Shown here in pieces: positions 45,100-54,217 of a stretch of 64,000 nt of DNA. A model generated the notes under the pieces. It had not been told where the DNA came from and ran no database searches. It saw nothing but the letters and a program-made list of their open reading frames with translations. The first letter of the stretch is position 1; each line of letters starts with the position of its first letter. A program made the translations under genes and the position numbers. Origin of the DNA: an uncultured Acidobacteriaceae bacterium. Its GTDB lineage: Bacteria > Acidobacteriota > Terriglobia > Terriglobales > Acidobacteriaceae. The stretch spans positions 1,441,757 to 1,505,756 of the forward strand of contig CAWDGL010000008.1 in NCBI GenBank assembly GCA_963801885.1, read 5' to 3'.

Positions 45100-45687
45100 T
45101 CATTCCGCTAATGGCGAGTAGTAAGATTCTCCGGCGCACGCACGACACAGAACTCTGCCGTCGCTCCGCACTTCCCGGCGAAAGTTAATGCCTTCCCCGC
45201 ACTGTTCGCAGACCACGCGCTCGCCTTTGTAGCCGGGAAATTCTTCTGGCGGCAGATTGACTTTCACCCATTGCGTTGTGAAAAGATCGTCGTCGGAAAT
45301 TTCGCGGTAGGACAACATTTGTTGCTGGTTCTTGTCTTCGATTTCGGGATGCATCTGGCGCGCGAGCGCTTTCGACGATTCTTTGGCCGCGACGCGGATC
45401 GCCCTGCCGTTGTTCACGTCCACAAACGTCGCAGCAACTTTGCCCCAGTCGCGAAACTTCAGCGCGCGCTTACCTAGCCGGCATCCCGTGACCACGGCGA
45501 CGGCGTCCGTGGCGCAGCGGTCGATTTCCACGAAGGTGACGAGGCGTTTCCGGTCTTTTCCTTGTGGATCATCGATGCCAAGTTTCTGCAGACCCAACAT
45601 GGCGAGGCGCACTCCGAGAACTTGTCCGGCGCAGAGATGGCCGTGAGCCTGCGCGGCGTCGAGAAGATATTCGTCGAAAGATTTCAT
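45100..45687 (-). CDS. FmdE-family protein with C-terminal zinc ribbon
   Basis: HGHLCAGQVLGVRLA and VEIDRCATDAV. C-terminal CEQCGE...CRAC. Confidence 0.75.
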   Translation of the reverse strand: MKSFDEYLLDAAQAHGHLCAGQVLGVRLAMLGLQKLGIDDPQGKDRKRLVTFVEIDRCATDAVAVVTGCRLGKRALKFRDWGKVAATFVDVNNGRAIRVAAKESSKALARQMHPEIEDKNQQQMLSYREISDDDLFTTQWVKVNLPPEEFPGYKGERVVCEQCGEGINFRREVRSDGRVLCRACAGESYYSPLAE

Positions 45688-45694
45688 GGGAAAG

Positions 45695-45745
45695 CTGTCA
45701 GCTCCCAGCCCCTTCGGCGTTCGCCTCAGGGCAGGCTTTCAGCTT
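45695..45745 (+). repeat. possible REP-like intergenic element
   Basis: GCTCCCAGCCCCTTCGGCGTTCGCCTCAGGGCAGGCTTTCAGC resembles the body of the elements at 4.7 and 50.8 kb (CCTCAGGG/CCTGAGGG, CTTCG). Weak call. Confidence 0.3.
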
Positions 45746-45791
45746 AACACCTTGTCGGCAACAGCGACCTTAAGCTGGCGGCAGAGAAAAA

Positions 45792-47277
45792 TCATTTTCT
45801 GCGCCAGCGAATGCCGTCTTTGGTGATCTCCACGAGAATTCCGGCATCGGCGAGTTCGCCGCGGATCGCATCCGAAGTTTTGAAATCGCGGGCACTTCGC
45901 GCGGCTTTCATTTCTTCCAACTTTTTTTCAATATCGGAATCTGAGAGTTGACCCGACTGAAGCGCATCGCGTAACTCAGGGCTGATCTCCTTTTCGCGGC
46001 CTTCGGCACTTGCCCATTGCATTACGCGCTTCATCTTGGGACCATCGTCGTCATCGAGCACGGCAAAAATTTCGTCGAACTTGGCAAGCGTCTCCAGCAA
46101 AGGCGTAACGTCATCTTTCTTGATTCCCCTGGCGTCGGCTGAGGCGTTCGCTTGCCGCACCATCTCGAAAATTGCAGCTTGCGCTTGCGCCGTGTTGAGA
46201 TCATCGTCGAGCGCGGCCTTAATGCGGGCAATCGTATCGGCCGCGAGAGAGCGAATCTCATCGCTGGCACCGGAAGGAAAACTTCCGGCAATTAAGCCGC
46301 AAACGAAAATTCCGTAAACGCTCAACCGAAACCGCAGCCTGCTTGAGCCCATCGAAAGTAAAATTCAGTTGATGACGGTAGGGAACTGAGGCAAGCAAGT
46401 AGCGGATGGACGACGGTTTGTGACCTTTGAGAATCAGGTCGCGGAGCGTGAAGAAGTTCCCCAGGCTCTTCGACATCTTCTCGCCCTCGACCAGCAGGAA
46501 GCGCGCATGAAACCAGAAATGCGCGAAAGGCTTGCCGGTAAAGGACTCCGATTGCGCAATTTCATTTTCATGGTGCGGGAATATGAGATCTTCTCCGCCG
46601 GCGTGCAAGTCGAAAGTTTCTCCCAGTTCCCGCATCGACATAACGGAACACTCCAGGTGCCAGCCGGGACGACCCGGTCCAATCGCCGTATCCCACGAAG
46701 CTTCACCCGGTTTGGGTGCCTTCCATAGCGCGAAGTCACGCGCGCTGTCTTTATCATATTCATCGACATCGACGCGGGCGCCATCGAGCATGCCGCTGAA
46801 ATCTCTTTTCGAAAGCTTGCCGTACTGAGGAAATTTCGCGATTCGAAAATAGTACGAACCGTCGTCGGTGCCGTAGGCGAAGTCTTTTTCCACCAGCTTT
46901 GCGACGAAGTCCGCCATTTCCGGAATGTGTTCCGTGGCCCGCACCAGCGTTGGCTCTTCAATTCCGATCATGGCCGCATCTTCGAGAAATGCCTTCTCGA
47001 ACTTCGCAGTGTATTGCTGCACGCTGACGCCCTCGCGCGCTGAATTGCGAATAATTTTGTCGTCAACATCGGTGATGTTCATGACGTGGCGAATCTGGTA
47101 TCCGCTCTGCCGCAGGAATCTGCGCAGAATGTCAACCGCGACGAAGGTTCGAAAGTTGCCGACATGTCCGTAGTCGTAAACTGTAGGGCCGCAGGCGTAC
47201 ATGCGCACTTCGTGATCGCGAAGCGGACGGAACTCCTCAACCTGCGAGGACATAGTGTTAAAAAGACGAAGCGCCAT
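45792..47277 (-). pseudogene. cysS: cysteine--tRNA ligase, interrupted by one frameshift (probably a sequence error)
   Basis: ORF 46258..47298 has HIGH (HVGN) and KMSKS. ORF 45792..46352 carries the C-terminal helical/anticodon-binding part (AALDDDLNTAQAQAAIFEMV...). The frames swap around 46287-46296 (cgg ctt aat tgc / tta att gcc gga). ATG 47277 (MALRLFNTMS). Confidence 0.85.
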
Positions 47278-47346
47278 AAGAAGATTCAAGCACCGCAAAA
47301 CGAACTAAAGATTCTAGGGTGGGCAAGAGAGTGGGTCAAATCGCTT

Positions 47347-47937
47347 TCAGCTAGCGGAATTCCGCGCGGGAGGCAGGGCATGAGTGTGCTGGCGTAAACG
47401 CTGCTGTACCAGAATGACATAATGCAAAGCGGAAATGATGGTAAAGAAAAAAGTAGCCCGAAGGAACTCGGTGCGCGCTATCCAGATGCCGCGCAACGGA
47501 CGAATCTCAAACAGAAGAACGAAAAAAACCGCGCTGATCTGCGAAAAAGTGTTGGCTTTGCCAAAAATGCTCGGGCGGAAATTCCGCAATCCGGCAATCG
47601 CGAACAAGACAGCGCTGGCCGCAAGAATGGAAATGTCGCGGCTGAAAACCAGCACCGTGTACTTCCAGGGAATCTTGCGGAGGATGGAGAGCACGAGAAA
47701 CATCGTGCTCAACAAAAGCTTGTCGGCAATCGGATCCAGATATTGTCCCAGCAGAGTTTGCTGGTGAAGAGTGCGAGCCAGCAGGCCGTCCAGGCCGTCG
47801 CTAAATCCGGCGATCATGAAGACTACCAACGCCCAGAGATAATGCCCCTCTACCAGATGAATCACGATGAAGGGCACGAAAATCATGCGTAGCAGAGTGA
47901 GTTGGTTCGGAGCCGTAAAAATTTGAGAGAACTTCAA
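47347..47937 (-). CDS. pgsA: CDP-alcohol phosphatidyltransferase (PgsA-like)
   Basis: Motif GFSDGLDGLLARTLHQQTLLGQYLDPIADKLL (DGx2ARx8Gx3Dx3D). Multi-TM. Confidence 0.85.
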   Translation of the reverse strand: MKFSQIFTAPNQLTLLRMIFVPFIVIHLVEGHYLWALVVFMIAGFSDGLDGLLARTLHQQTLLGQYLDPIADKLLLSTMFLVLSILRKIPWKYTVLVFSRDISILAASAVLFAIAGLRNFRPSIFGKANTFSQISAVFFVLLFEIRPLRGIWIARTEFLRATFFFTIISALHYVILVQQRLRQHTHALPPARNSAS

Positions 47938-48356
47938 GCGTGCTCCTTGGGTTGAGACGCCGATTCATGAAGTTCTTCGCGGGCGCTGCCCTGAGCCACA
48001 CTCCGGGGCGCGAGCGCGGCGGAGGGCTCCAGCCCGGTTTTCGCCAGGAATCGCTGTGACAAAGAAGGCAAGCTTCCGTCGGGAAGATCGAGCTCCACGC
48101 GCTCCAGTCGATGCATCGGAAAGAAAACTACGGCGGGAGTGAAGGGCTCGCCGTCCCTGACCATTACCGCAAGATCTTCGAATGAGGCGAGTTCCGCTCC
48201 GCTCAGGCTCAGACCCTCCGGCGCAAGCGCCAGAATCATACCCCAGAACTTCTCTCTTGGATTGGACAGAGTCGCTATTACGATTGCTCGAGGCGCGAAG
48301 GGCTCGCGGATTTTTTCCCCCTCGACTGGAGCATCGTGGACGGAGCCGATTTCCAT
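47934..48356 (-). CDS. hypothetical protein, translationally coupled to pgsA
   Basis: 140-aa ORF whose stop overlaps the pgsA ATG by 4 nt. No motif recognised. Confidence 0.5.
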   Translation of the reverse strand: MEIGSVHDAPVEGEKIREPFAPRAIVIATLSNPREKFWGMILALAPEGLSLSGAELASFEDLAVMVRDGEPFTPAVVFFPMHRLERVELDLPDGSLPSLSQRFLAKTGLEPSAALAPRSVAQGSAREELHESASQPKEHA

Positions 48357-48455
48357 TCCCAGATTGTCGCCGGGAAAAAGGCGTATTGCAAATCTTGCGG
48401 CACCGGTGCAGCCAGTTCCACCTTAACGGAAAACTCCGGTATGCTTGGCGGACAC

Positions 48456-49232
48456 ATGCAATCCGCGGCGGCAACTCCCGTAATTGAATTCCGCGATGTT
48501 TCTTACCACATAGCCGGCAATCAAATCCTTTCCGGATTTAATCTCCAAATCCAAAGCGGAGAGTCCGTCGTGCTGCTGGGCCGCAGCGGTTCGGGAAAGA
48601 CAACATCGTTGAAGCTGGTGAATCGTCTGCTTTCGCCATCGTCGGGAGAAATTCGTGTAAACGGAGTGCCAAACACCGAGAGCGATCTTATTCGGCTGCG
48701 CCGCAGCATCGGTTATGTGATTCAGGACGTCGGGCTGTTTCCTCATTTCACGATCGAACGAAATATCGGATTGGTTCCGAAGATTGAAGGTTGGCCGGAA
48801 GAGAGGATTCGTGCCCGCGTGCAGGAGTTATTGCAACTGGTGGGGCTAACGCCGCAGATAGCGTCGCGTTATCCGCACCAGTTATCCGGTGGCCAGAGGC
48901 AAAGGGTAGGCGTGGCGCGAGCGCTGGCCGCGGATCCGGAAATTCTTCTGATGGACGAGCCTTTCGGGGCGCTCGATCCGCTGACCCGCGACGAGTTGCA
49001 GAAAGAATTCCTGTTGCTGCAGCAACGGTTGCATAAGACGGTGCTGTTTGTTACTCACGACTTGCACGAGGCGCTGCGAATCGGATCGCGAATCGCGTTA
49101 ATGGAATCCGGACGATTGGTCACAGTGCTTGCCCCGAAAGATTTCTTGCGATCTACGGAACCACTGGCGGCGGCCTACGTGAAAGCGTTCGGTGAAGGCC
49201 TGGAGTCGGCCGCAAATCGAGGAACGTCATGA
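48456..49232 (+). CDS. ABC transporter ATP-binding protein (osmoprotectant/choline-betaine type)
   Basis: Walker A GRSGSGKTT, signature LSGGQRQRVGVARAL, Walker B ILLMDEPFGALD. Start is 48456 or 48441. Confidence 0.85.
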   Translation: MQSAAATPVIEFRDVSYHIAGNQILSGFNLQIQSGESVVLLGRSGSGKTTSLKLVNRLLSPSSGEIRVNGVPNTESDLIRLRRSIGYVIQDVGLFPHFTIERNIGLVPKIEGWPEERIRARVQELLQLVGLTPQIASRYPHQLSGGQRQRVGVARALAADPEILLMDEPFGALDPLTRDELQKEFLLLQQRLHKTVLFVTHDLHEALRIGSRIALMESGRLVTVLAPKDFLRSTEPLAAAYVKAFGEGLESAANRGTS

Positions 49233-49861
49233 ACGTATTTCGATTTATGCTGCACAATCGAGATCAGGTGCTGGAACTCACGCTCGAGCATCTTCGACTG
49301 GTGGGCTTCTCCACGCTGTTCGCGATGCTGGTTGGCATTCCGCTCGGTGTCGTCATCGCGCACCGGCCGCGTTTGAATAAGCCGGTTTTGGCCGGCGCCA
49401 ATATCATTCAAACCATTCCCAGCCTCGCGCTCTTTGGATTTCTGCTGCCTGTGCCGTGGTTGGGAAGCAGTGCCGACAGGCTCGCGATTCTCGCGCTTAC
49501 TCTTTATGCACTGTTGCCGATCATCCGAAACACATATACAGGAATTTGCGGCGTCGACGCGGCAGTGGTGGAAGCCGGCCGCGGCATGGGACTTACGGAA
49601 TCTCAACTTTTATTTCAGGTCGAATTACCGCTAGCGGTCAGCGTAATGCTCTCCGGCGTGCGAGTCGCGATTGTTATTTCTGTTGGCCTGGCGACGATTG
49701 CCGCGGCCATTGGCGCTGGAGGTTTGGGAGAGTTCATCTTTCGCGGATTGGCGATGGTCGACAACCGCGTGATTCTCGCGGGTGCGATTCCGGCCGCCCT
49801 TCTGGCTCTGCTGGCCGATTTTGCCGTGGGATGGCTGGAGAGGCGTCTGCGGCCGCGATGA
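49229..49861 (+). CDS. ABC transporter permease (BPD_transp_1, OpuCB/OsmW-like)
   Basis: 210 aa, 5-6 TM, EAGRGMGLTESQLLFQVELPLA permease loop. Overlaps the upstream stop (ATGA). Confidence 0.85.
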   Translation: MNVFRFMLHNRDQVLELTLEHLRLVGFSTLFAMLVGIPLGVVIAHRPRLNKPVLAGANIIQTIPSLALFGFLLPVPWLGSSADRLAILALTLYALLPIIRNTYTGICGVDAAVVEAGRGMGLTESQLLFQVELPLAVSVMLSGVRVAIVISVGLATIAAAIGAGGLGEFIFRGLAMVDNRVILAGAIPAALLALLADFAVGWLERRLRPR

Positions 49862-50759
49862 AGATACTTCGATCGAAAGTTGTTACCACGACCGTGATCG
49901 CGCTCGCATTATTTCTTTTGTCATGTTCTTCGTCACGCTCCGATCGCATCGTGGTTGGCTCGAAGAATTTTACGGAGTCGTTCCTGCTGGGCGAGATCAT
50001 GGCGCAAGCCATCGAGGGGCGCACTCACTTGAAAGTGGATCGACGTTTCTATCTCGCTGGAACTTATATCTGTCAGCAGGCGATTCTTGCTGGACGAATT
50101 GATGTCTATCCGGAATATACGGGGACCGCGCTCACGGCGATTCTCAAACAAAACGCTGCGGGCGATAAGCGGGAGGTTTATCAGCGTGTCAAAACTGAAT
50201 ATGAACACCGTTTCAAACTGACCCTGGGACCAGCGTTTGGCTTCAACGATACGTTTGCCATGGAGATTCGAGGCGAAGATGCTCGCCGCCTGAACATCAG
50301 GACTCTTTCGCAGGCGGCGGCATTTGCTCCACAATGGCACGCCGGATTCGGCTATGAATTCATGGAACGGCCGGATGGATATCGCGGTCTGGCCGCAACC
50401 TATGGGCTGCACTTCGCTGAGCAACCGCGAATCATGGATTTAGGTTTGTTGTCCCGAGCTCTCCAAGAGCATCAAATCGACTTCGCCGGCGGCAATACCA
50501 CGGACGGACAAATTCTGGCTCTGGGATCTGTTTGTGCTGGAAGATGACCGGCATTATTTTCCGCCGTACGAGGCGGTACCGGTAGTTCGCCAACAAACTT
50601 TGCAGGCAACATCCGGAGATGAGCCAGGTATTTGCGGATTTAGCCGGAAAAATTTCCGACGAAGAGATGCAGCGCATGAACTACGCGGTGGAGGGCCAGC
50701 ATCGTGAGGCGACCGATGTGGTGCACGAATTTCTGAAAAATAAGAACCTAGTACCGTGA
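49858..50759 (+). pseudogene. glycine betaine/choline-type substrate-binding lipoprotein, two frameshifts near the 3' end
   Basis: ATG 49858 with lipobox LFLLSCSS. Frame 1 stops at 50547. The sequence continues in the next frame as WDLFVLEDDRHYFPPYEAVPVVRQQTLQA. It then continues in the third frame as HPEMSQVFADLAGKISDEEMQRMNYAVEGQHREATDVVHEFLKNKNLVP*, with the stop at 50757-50759. Confidence 0.8.
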
Positions 50760-50780
50760 AACAGTGCTGTGAATCGGTAG

Positions 50781-50841
50781 AGATCCTTCGACTGCGCACG
50801 GCGGCACGCTTCGCTCGCCGACGTGCTTCGCTCAGGATGAC
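50781..50841 (-). repeat. REP-like intergenic element (GTCATCCTGAGCGAAG head)
   Basis: Minus strand reads GTCATCCTGAGCGAAGCACGTCGGCGAGCGAAGCGTGCCGCCGTGCGCAGTCGAAGGATC. It lies between convergent genes and produces the spurious peptide VILSEARRRAKRAAVRSRRIS in track ORF 50554..50877. Confidence 0.45.
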
Positions 50842-50887
50842 AAATCTTGCCGAGAGCTGGGGATGGGAAAGTGACAACGGGGAAATT

Positions 50888-51694
50888 TCAGATCAGGAGC
50901 GAACCGCGCAGAGTTAGAACGGCTCCGCCCTTTAGGACGACTCGCGCTTCCGCCATTTGGCACCAAATTTCCCCGCCGCGCTCCGATACCTGACGCGCAT
51001 AAAGCTGTGGTTTGCCCAGGCGCTCTGCCCAGTAGGGAGCGAGCACACAGTGCGCCGAGCCCGTGACTTGGTCTTCAGGTATCCCATAGCTTGGCGCAAA
51101 ATAGCGCGAAACGAAATCACTCGCCTTACCAGGAGCTGTGACCGCAACCGCAAAGGGATGGAGTTGCTCCAGTTGCGCGTAATCGGCACGGATGTTTCGA
51201 ATTGCTTCCTCGGTTTCATAAATCACGACATACGTTTCATTCGCTTCCAGCACAACGCCTGGATCTTGCCTTAACCCAAGGCCTGTAATCAACGCGTCTG
51301 GCGGTCGCAAGCAAGGCTTGCCGGGCATCACCGGGAAGTCCATGGCGAAAATATCGGCGTCCTTGTGAACGCGTAAAATCCCATTGCGCCGCGTGTGGAA
51401 TTGAACCGTTTCCAGACCGGGGTGTATAAGGGTCGTCACCACATAGGCTGATGCCAAGGTAGCGTGGCCGCACAGGGCGACCTCGCAACGCGGGGTAAAC
51501 CAGCGCAGATCATATTCAAAGCTCTCAAGGCTGCCCCGGGCGACGAAAAAAGCGGTCTCAGAAAGATTATTTTCGGCGGCGACTTTGCGCAGAGTCTCGT
51601 CATCTAACCAGTCTTGTAAAGGGCAGACGGCAGCCGGATTGCCGCTGAATGGCTGATCGGTGAAGGCGTTGACATGGAATAGCGGTATTGGCAC
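50888..51694 (-). CDS. PhzF-family isomerase-like protein
   Basis: FHVNAFTDQPFSGNPAAVC N-terminal motif and two-domain DapF-like length (268 aa). Confidence 0.85.
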   Translation of the reverse strand: MPIPLFHVNAFTDQPFSGNPAAVCPLQDWLDDETLRKVAAENNLSETAFFVARGSLESFEYDLRWFTPRCEVALCGHATLASAYVVTTLIHPGLETVQFHTRRNGILRVHKDADIFAMDFPVMPGKPCLRPPDALITGLGLRQDPGVVLEANETYVVIYETEEAIRNIRADYAQLEQLHPFAVAVTAPGKASDFVSRYFAPSYGIPEDQVTGSAHCVLAPYWAERLGKPQLYARQVSERGGEIWCQMAEARVVLKGGAVLTLRGSLLI

Positions 51695-51806
51695 GTCGCT
51701 TATTCTACTTTGAGAGCAGCGCGAAATAGAGCATTGCGAAATTGTGATGTGCCGAGGAACGGCGAGCCCCCATGTGTCCTATCGAAGCAGCGTGTGAGGA
51801 GGCGGA

Positions 51807-53141
51807 ATGTCCACTGCGCTCGCGGATGTAGCAGTTCGACGTCAGCTACTCGATCGCGTCTCTGATGCCCGGCGCAGGAGTGACGCGCTTTTCGAAATCG
51901 TTCGCCATGATTCCATTTACGATCGGCCGATTCCAGAGCGGCATCGCATCATTTTCTATGTAGGTCATCTCGAGGCGTTCGACTGGAACCTGCTGCACGA
52001 AAACGCACTCGGGCTAAAGAGTTTTCATCCGGAATTTGATCGGCTGTTTGCATTCGGAATTGACCCCGTGGGGGGCGGATTGCCTACCGATCAGCCTTCC
52101 GACTGGCCATCAGTGGAAGCCGTGCGCGACTACGTCACTAAAATCCGCGCTGCTTTGGATGAGAAACTGGTGAATGGAAGCTTGGAATCGTCCCCTCTAA
52201 CTCGCGACGGTTTTCCTCTCGACACCTTGCTCAATGTGGCCATTGAGCATCGCCTGATGCATGTCGAGACTTTGGCTTACATGCTGCATCAGTTGCCGCT
52301 CGACCGCAAGATTCAAAAAGAAACGCCAGCCAGTTTTGCAACCGCGCCGGTGCAGCAGCAGATGATTGCGATTCCTGAAGGCGTGACGACCCTAGGCTTG
52401 CCGCGCGACGGCGAGAACTTCGGCTGGGATAACGAGTTCGAGTCCCACGCCGTTCGAGTGCCTGCATTTGAAATTGATCAGTACGAAGTCACGAATGGTC
52501 AGTATCTGGATTTCGTGAAGGCCGGCGGTTATGAGACGCAACGTTTTTGGGACGCAGACGACTGGCAATGGAAAATTGCCAATGCCGTTTCGCATCCGGT
52601 GTTCTGGATGAAGACCGCCGACGGCTGGCTCTTCCGCGGTATGTTCGAGGAACTTCCGCTGCCTCTGAATTCTCCCGTGTATGTGAGTCATGCGGAAGCT
52701 GCCGCGTACGCCCGTTGGGCGGGCAAGTCGTTGCCCACGGAAGGACAGTGGCATCGCGCCGCATATGGTACGACGAAGGCGAGTGAAAATCTCTACCCAT
52801 GGGGGGACGCCGAGCCCGACTCAAGTCTTGGTAACTTCGATTTCCATCATTGGAACCCGACTCCGGTAAATGCTTTTCCTGCCGGATGTAGCGCTTTCGG
52901 CGTGCACGATCTGTTAGGCAATGCATGGGAGTGGACTTCAACTCTTTTCGCTCCGTTCCCAGGATTCCAGCCATTTCCGTTTTATCCCGGTTACTCCGCC
53001 AATTTTTTCGACGGCAAACATTTTGTCATGAAGGGTGGTTCGCCGCGCACCGCCGCGTGCATGTTGCGACCCACATTTCGCAACTGGTTTCAGGCGCATT
53101 ACCAGTATGTTTACGCAGGCTTTCGTTGCGTGAATGGCTGA
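51807..53141 (+). CDS. egtB: ergothioneine biosynthesis sulfoxide synthase EgtB (DinB-like + FGE-sulfatase domains)
   Basis: DinB-type His ligands (FYVGHLEAF; IEHRLMHVE). C-terminal FGE-like domain with GNAWEWT and RGGS-type end (MKGGSPRT). RBS GAGGAGG. Confidence 0.85.
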   Translation: MSTALADVAVRRQLLDRVSDARRRSDALFEIVRHDSIYDRPIPERHRIIFYVGHLEAFDWNLLHENALGLKSFHPEFDRLFAFGIDPVGGGLPTDQPSDWPSVEAVRDYVTKIRAALDEKLVNGSLESSPLTRDGFPLDTLLNVAIEHRLMHVETLAYMLHQLPLDRKIQKETPASFATAPVQQQMIAIPEGVTTLGLPRDGENFGWDNEFESHAVRVPAFEIDQYEVTNGQYLDFVKAGGYETQRFWDADDWQWKIANAVSHPVFWMKTADGWLFRGMFEELPLPLNSPVYVSHAEAAAYARWAGKSLPTEGQWHRAAYGTTKASENLYPWGDAEPDSSLGNFDFHHWNPTPVNAFPAGCSAFGVHDLLGNAWEWTSTLFAPFPGFQPFPFYPGYSANFFDGKHFVMKGGSPRTAACMLRPTFRNWFQAHYQYVYAGFRCVNG

Positions 53142-53172
53142 TTCGCAAACTTCGGATTGAAGGAGTTTTTCT

Positions 53173-54141
53173 ATGCTGGTTCATGCGATCCCCAGTAACA
53201 TTTCTTACGACTTCGCTGCTGACGTTCGCGACGGCCTTACTCGCCCGGGACAGAAAGAACTTCCCTCCAAATATTTGTACGACGAAGTCGGCTCCGCTCT
53301 TTTTGAAGTGATTTGCCGCCTGCCGCAATACGGCCTCACGCGTGCCGACGAGCGCCTACTGCGGCGTCATGCGAATGAGATCGTCGACCGGCTTCGCGGT
53401 CCGGTGGCAGTGGCCGAGTTAGGCAGTGGCACTGGGAAGAAGACTCGATGGTTGCTGGAAGCACTGGGCCGCCGCCAGCATACGTCCTACTACCCAGTCG
53501 AAATTTCCCGTTCGGCTCTGGTCATGTGCGAAAGGGAATTGAGCGACATCGATTCCGTCAGCATCGTAGGATTCGAGCGCGAATATCTTGATGGATTGTT
53601 GGAGGTGGCGTCATACCGCAAGAGCGGCCAGCACTTGTTCGTATTGTTCTTGGGAAGCACGATTGGAAACTTCGATCGGCCGGCAGGAGTGAAGTTTCTG
53701 AGCGCCGTGCGAAGCATTCTGCAGCCGGGCGATTCTCTTCTTTTAGGAGCCGACCTGGAAAAATCGACCGCGCAACTGTTGGGCGCTTACGACGACGAAC
53801 TTGGCGTGACCGCAGCCTTTAATCTCAACCTTCTAGCCCGCACCAACCGCGAACTTGACGCAGACTTTGATCTGCGGCAATTCTTTCATCTGGCCAAGAT
53901 AAATCCCATCGCGCGCAGCGTCGAGATGCACCTGCAGTCAAAGCGCAAGCAAACCGTGAACATTCCGGCGGCGGAAGTTTCCGTTGAGTTCCAGGAAGGA
54001 GAAACGATTTGGACGGAAAGCAGCCATAAGTATTCTGCGGGGGAGATTGTCTCGACCGCACGCGAGGCTGGATTTCGCTGCGAATCTCAGTGGATCGATC
54101 AGCAATGGCCTTTTTCAGAAAACCTGCTGATCGCAGAGTGA
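53173..54141 (+). CDS. egtD: L-histidine N-alpha-methyltransferase EgtD
   Basis: LPSKYLYDEVGSALFEVICRLPQYGLTRAD, ELGSGTGKKT, FLGSTIGNF. RBS AAGGAG. Confidence 0.88.
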   Translation: MLVHAIPSNISYDFAADVRDGLTRPGQKELPSKYLYDEVGSALFEVICRLPQYGLTRADERLLRRHANEIVDRLRGPVAVAELGSGTGKKTRWLLEALGRRQHTSYYPVEISRSALVMCERELSDIDSVSIVGFEREYLDGLLEVASYRKSGQHLFVLFLGSTIGNFDRPAGVKFLSAVRSILQPGDSLLLGADLEKSTAQLLGAYDDELGVTAAFNLNLLARTNRELDADFDLRQFFHLAKINPIARSVEMHLQSKRKQTVNIPAAEVSVEFQEGETIWTESSHKYSAGEIVSTAREAGFRCESQWIDQQWPFSENLLIAE

Positions 54142-54217
54142 TTGATTGCCGAGTGCTCGCGCGTCGACTGAATCGCCGAGCGAACGCGAATACGACAGGC
54201 GGGTTGTTAAAGAACGG

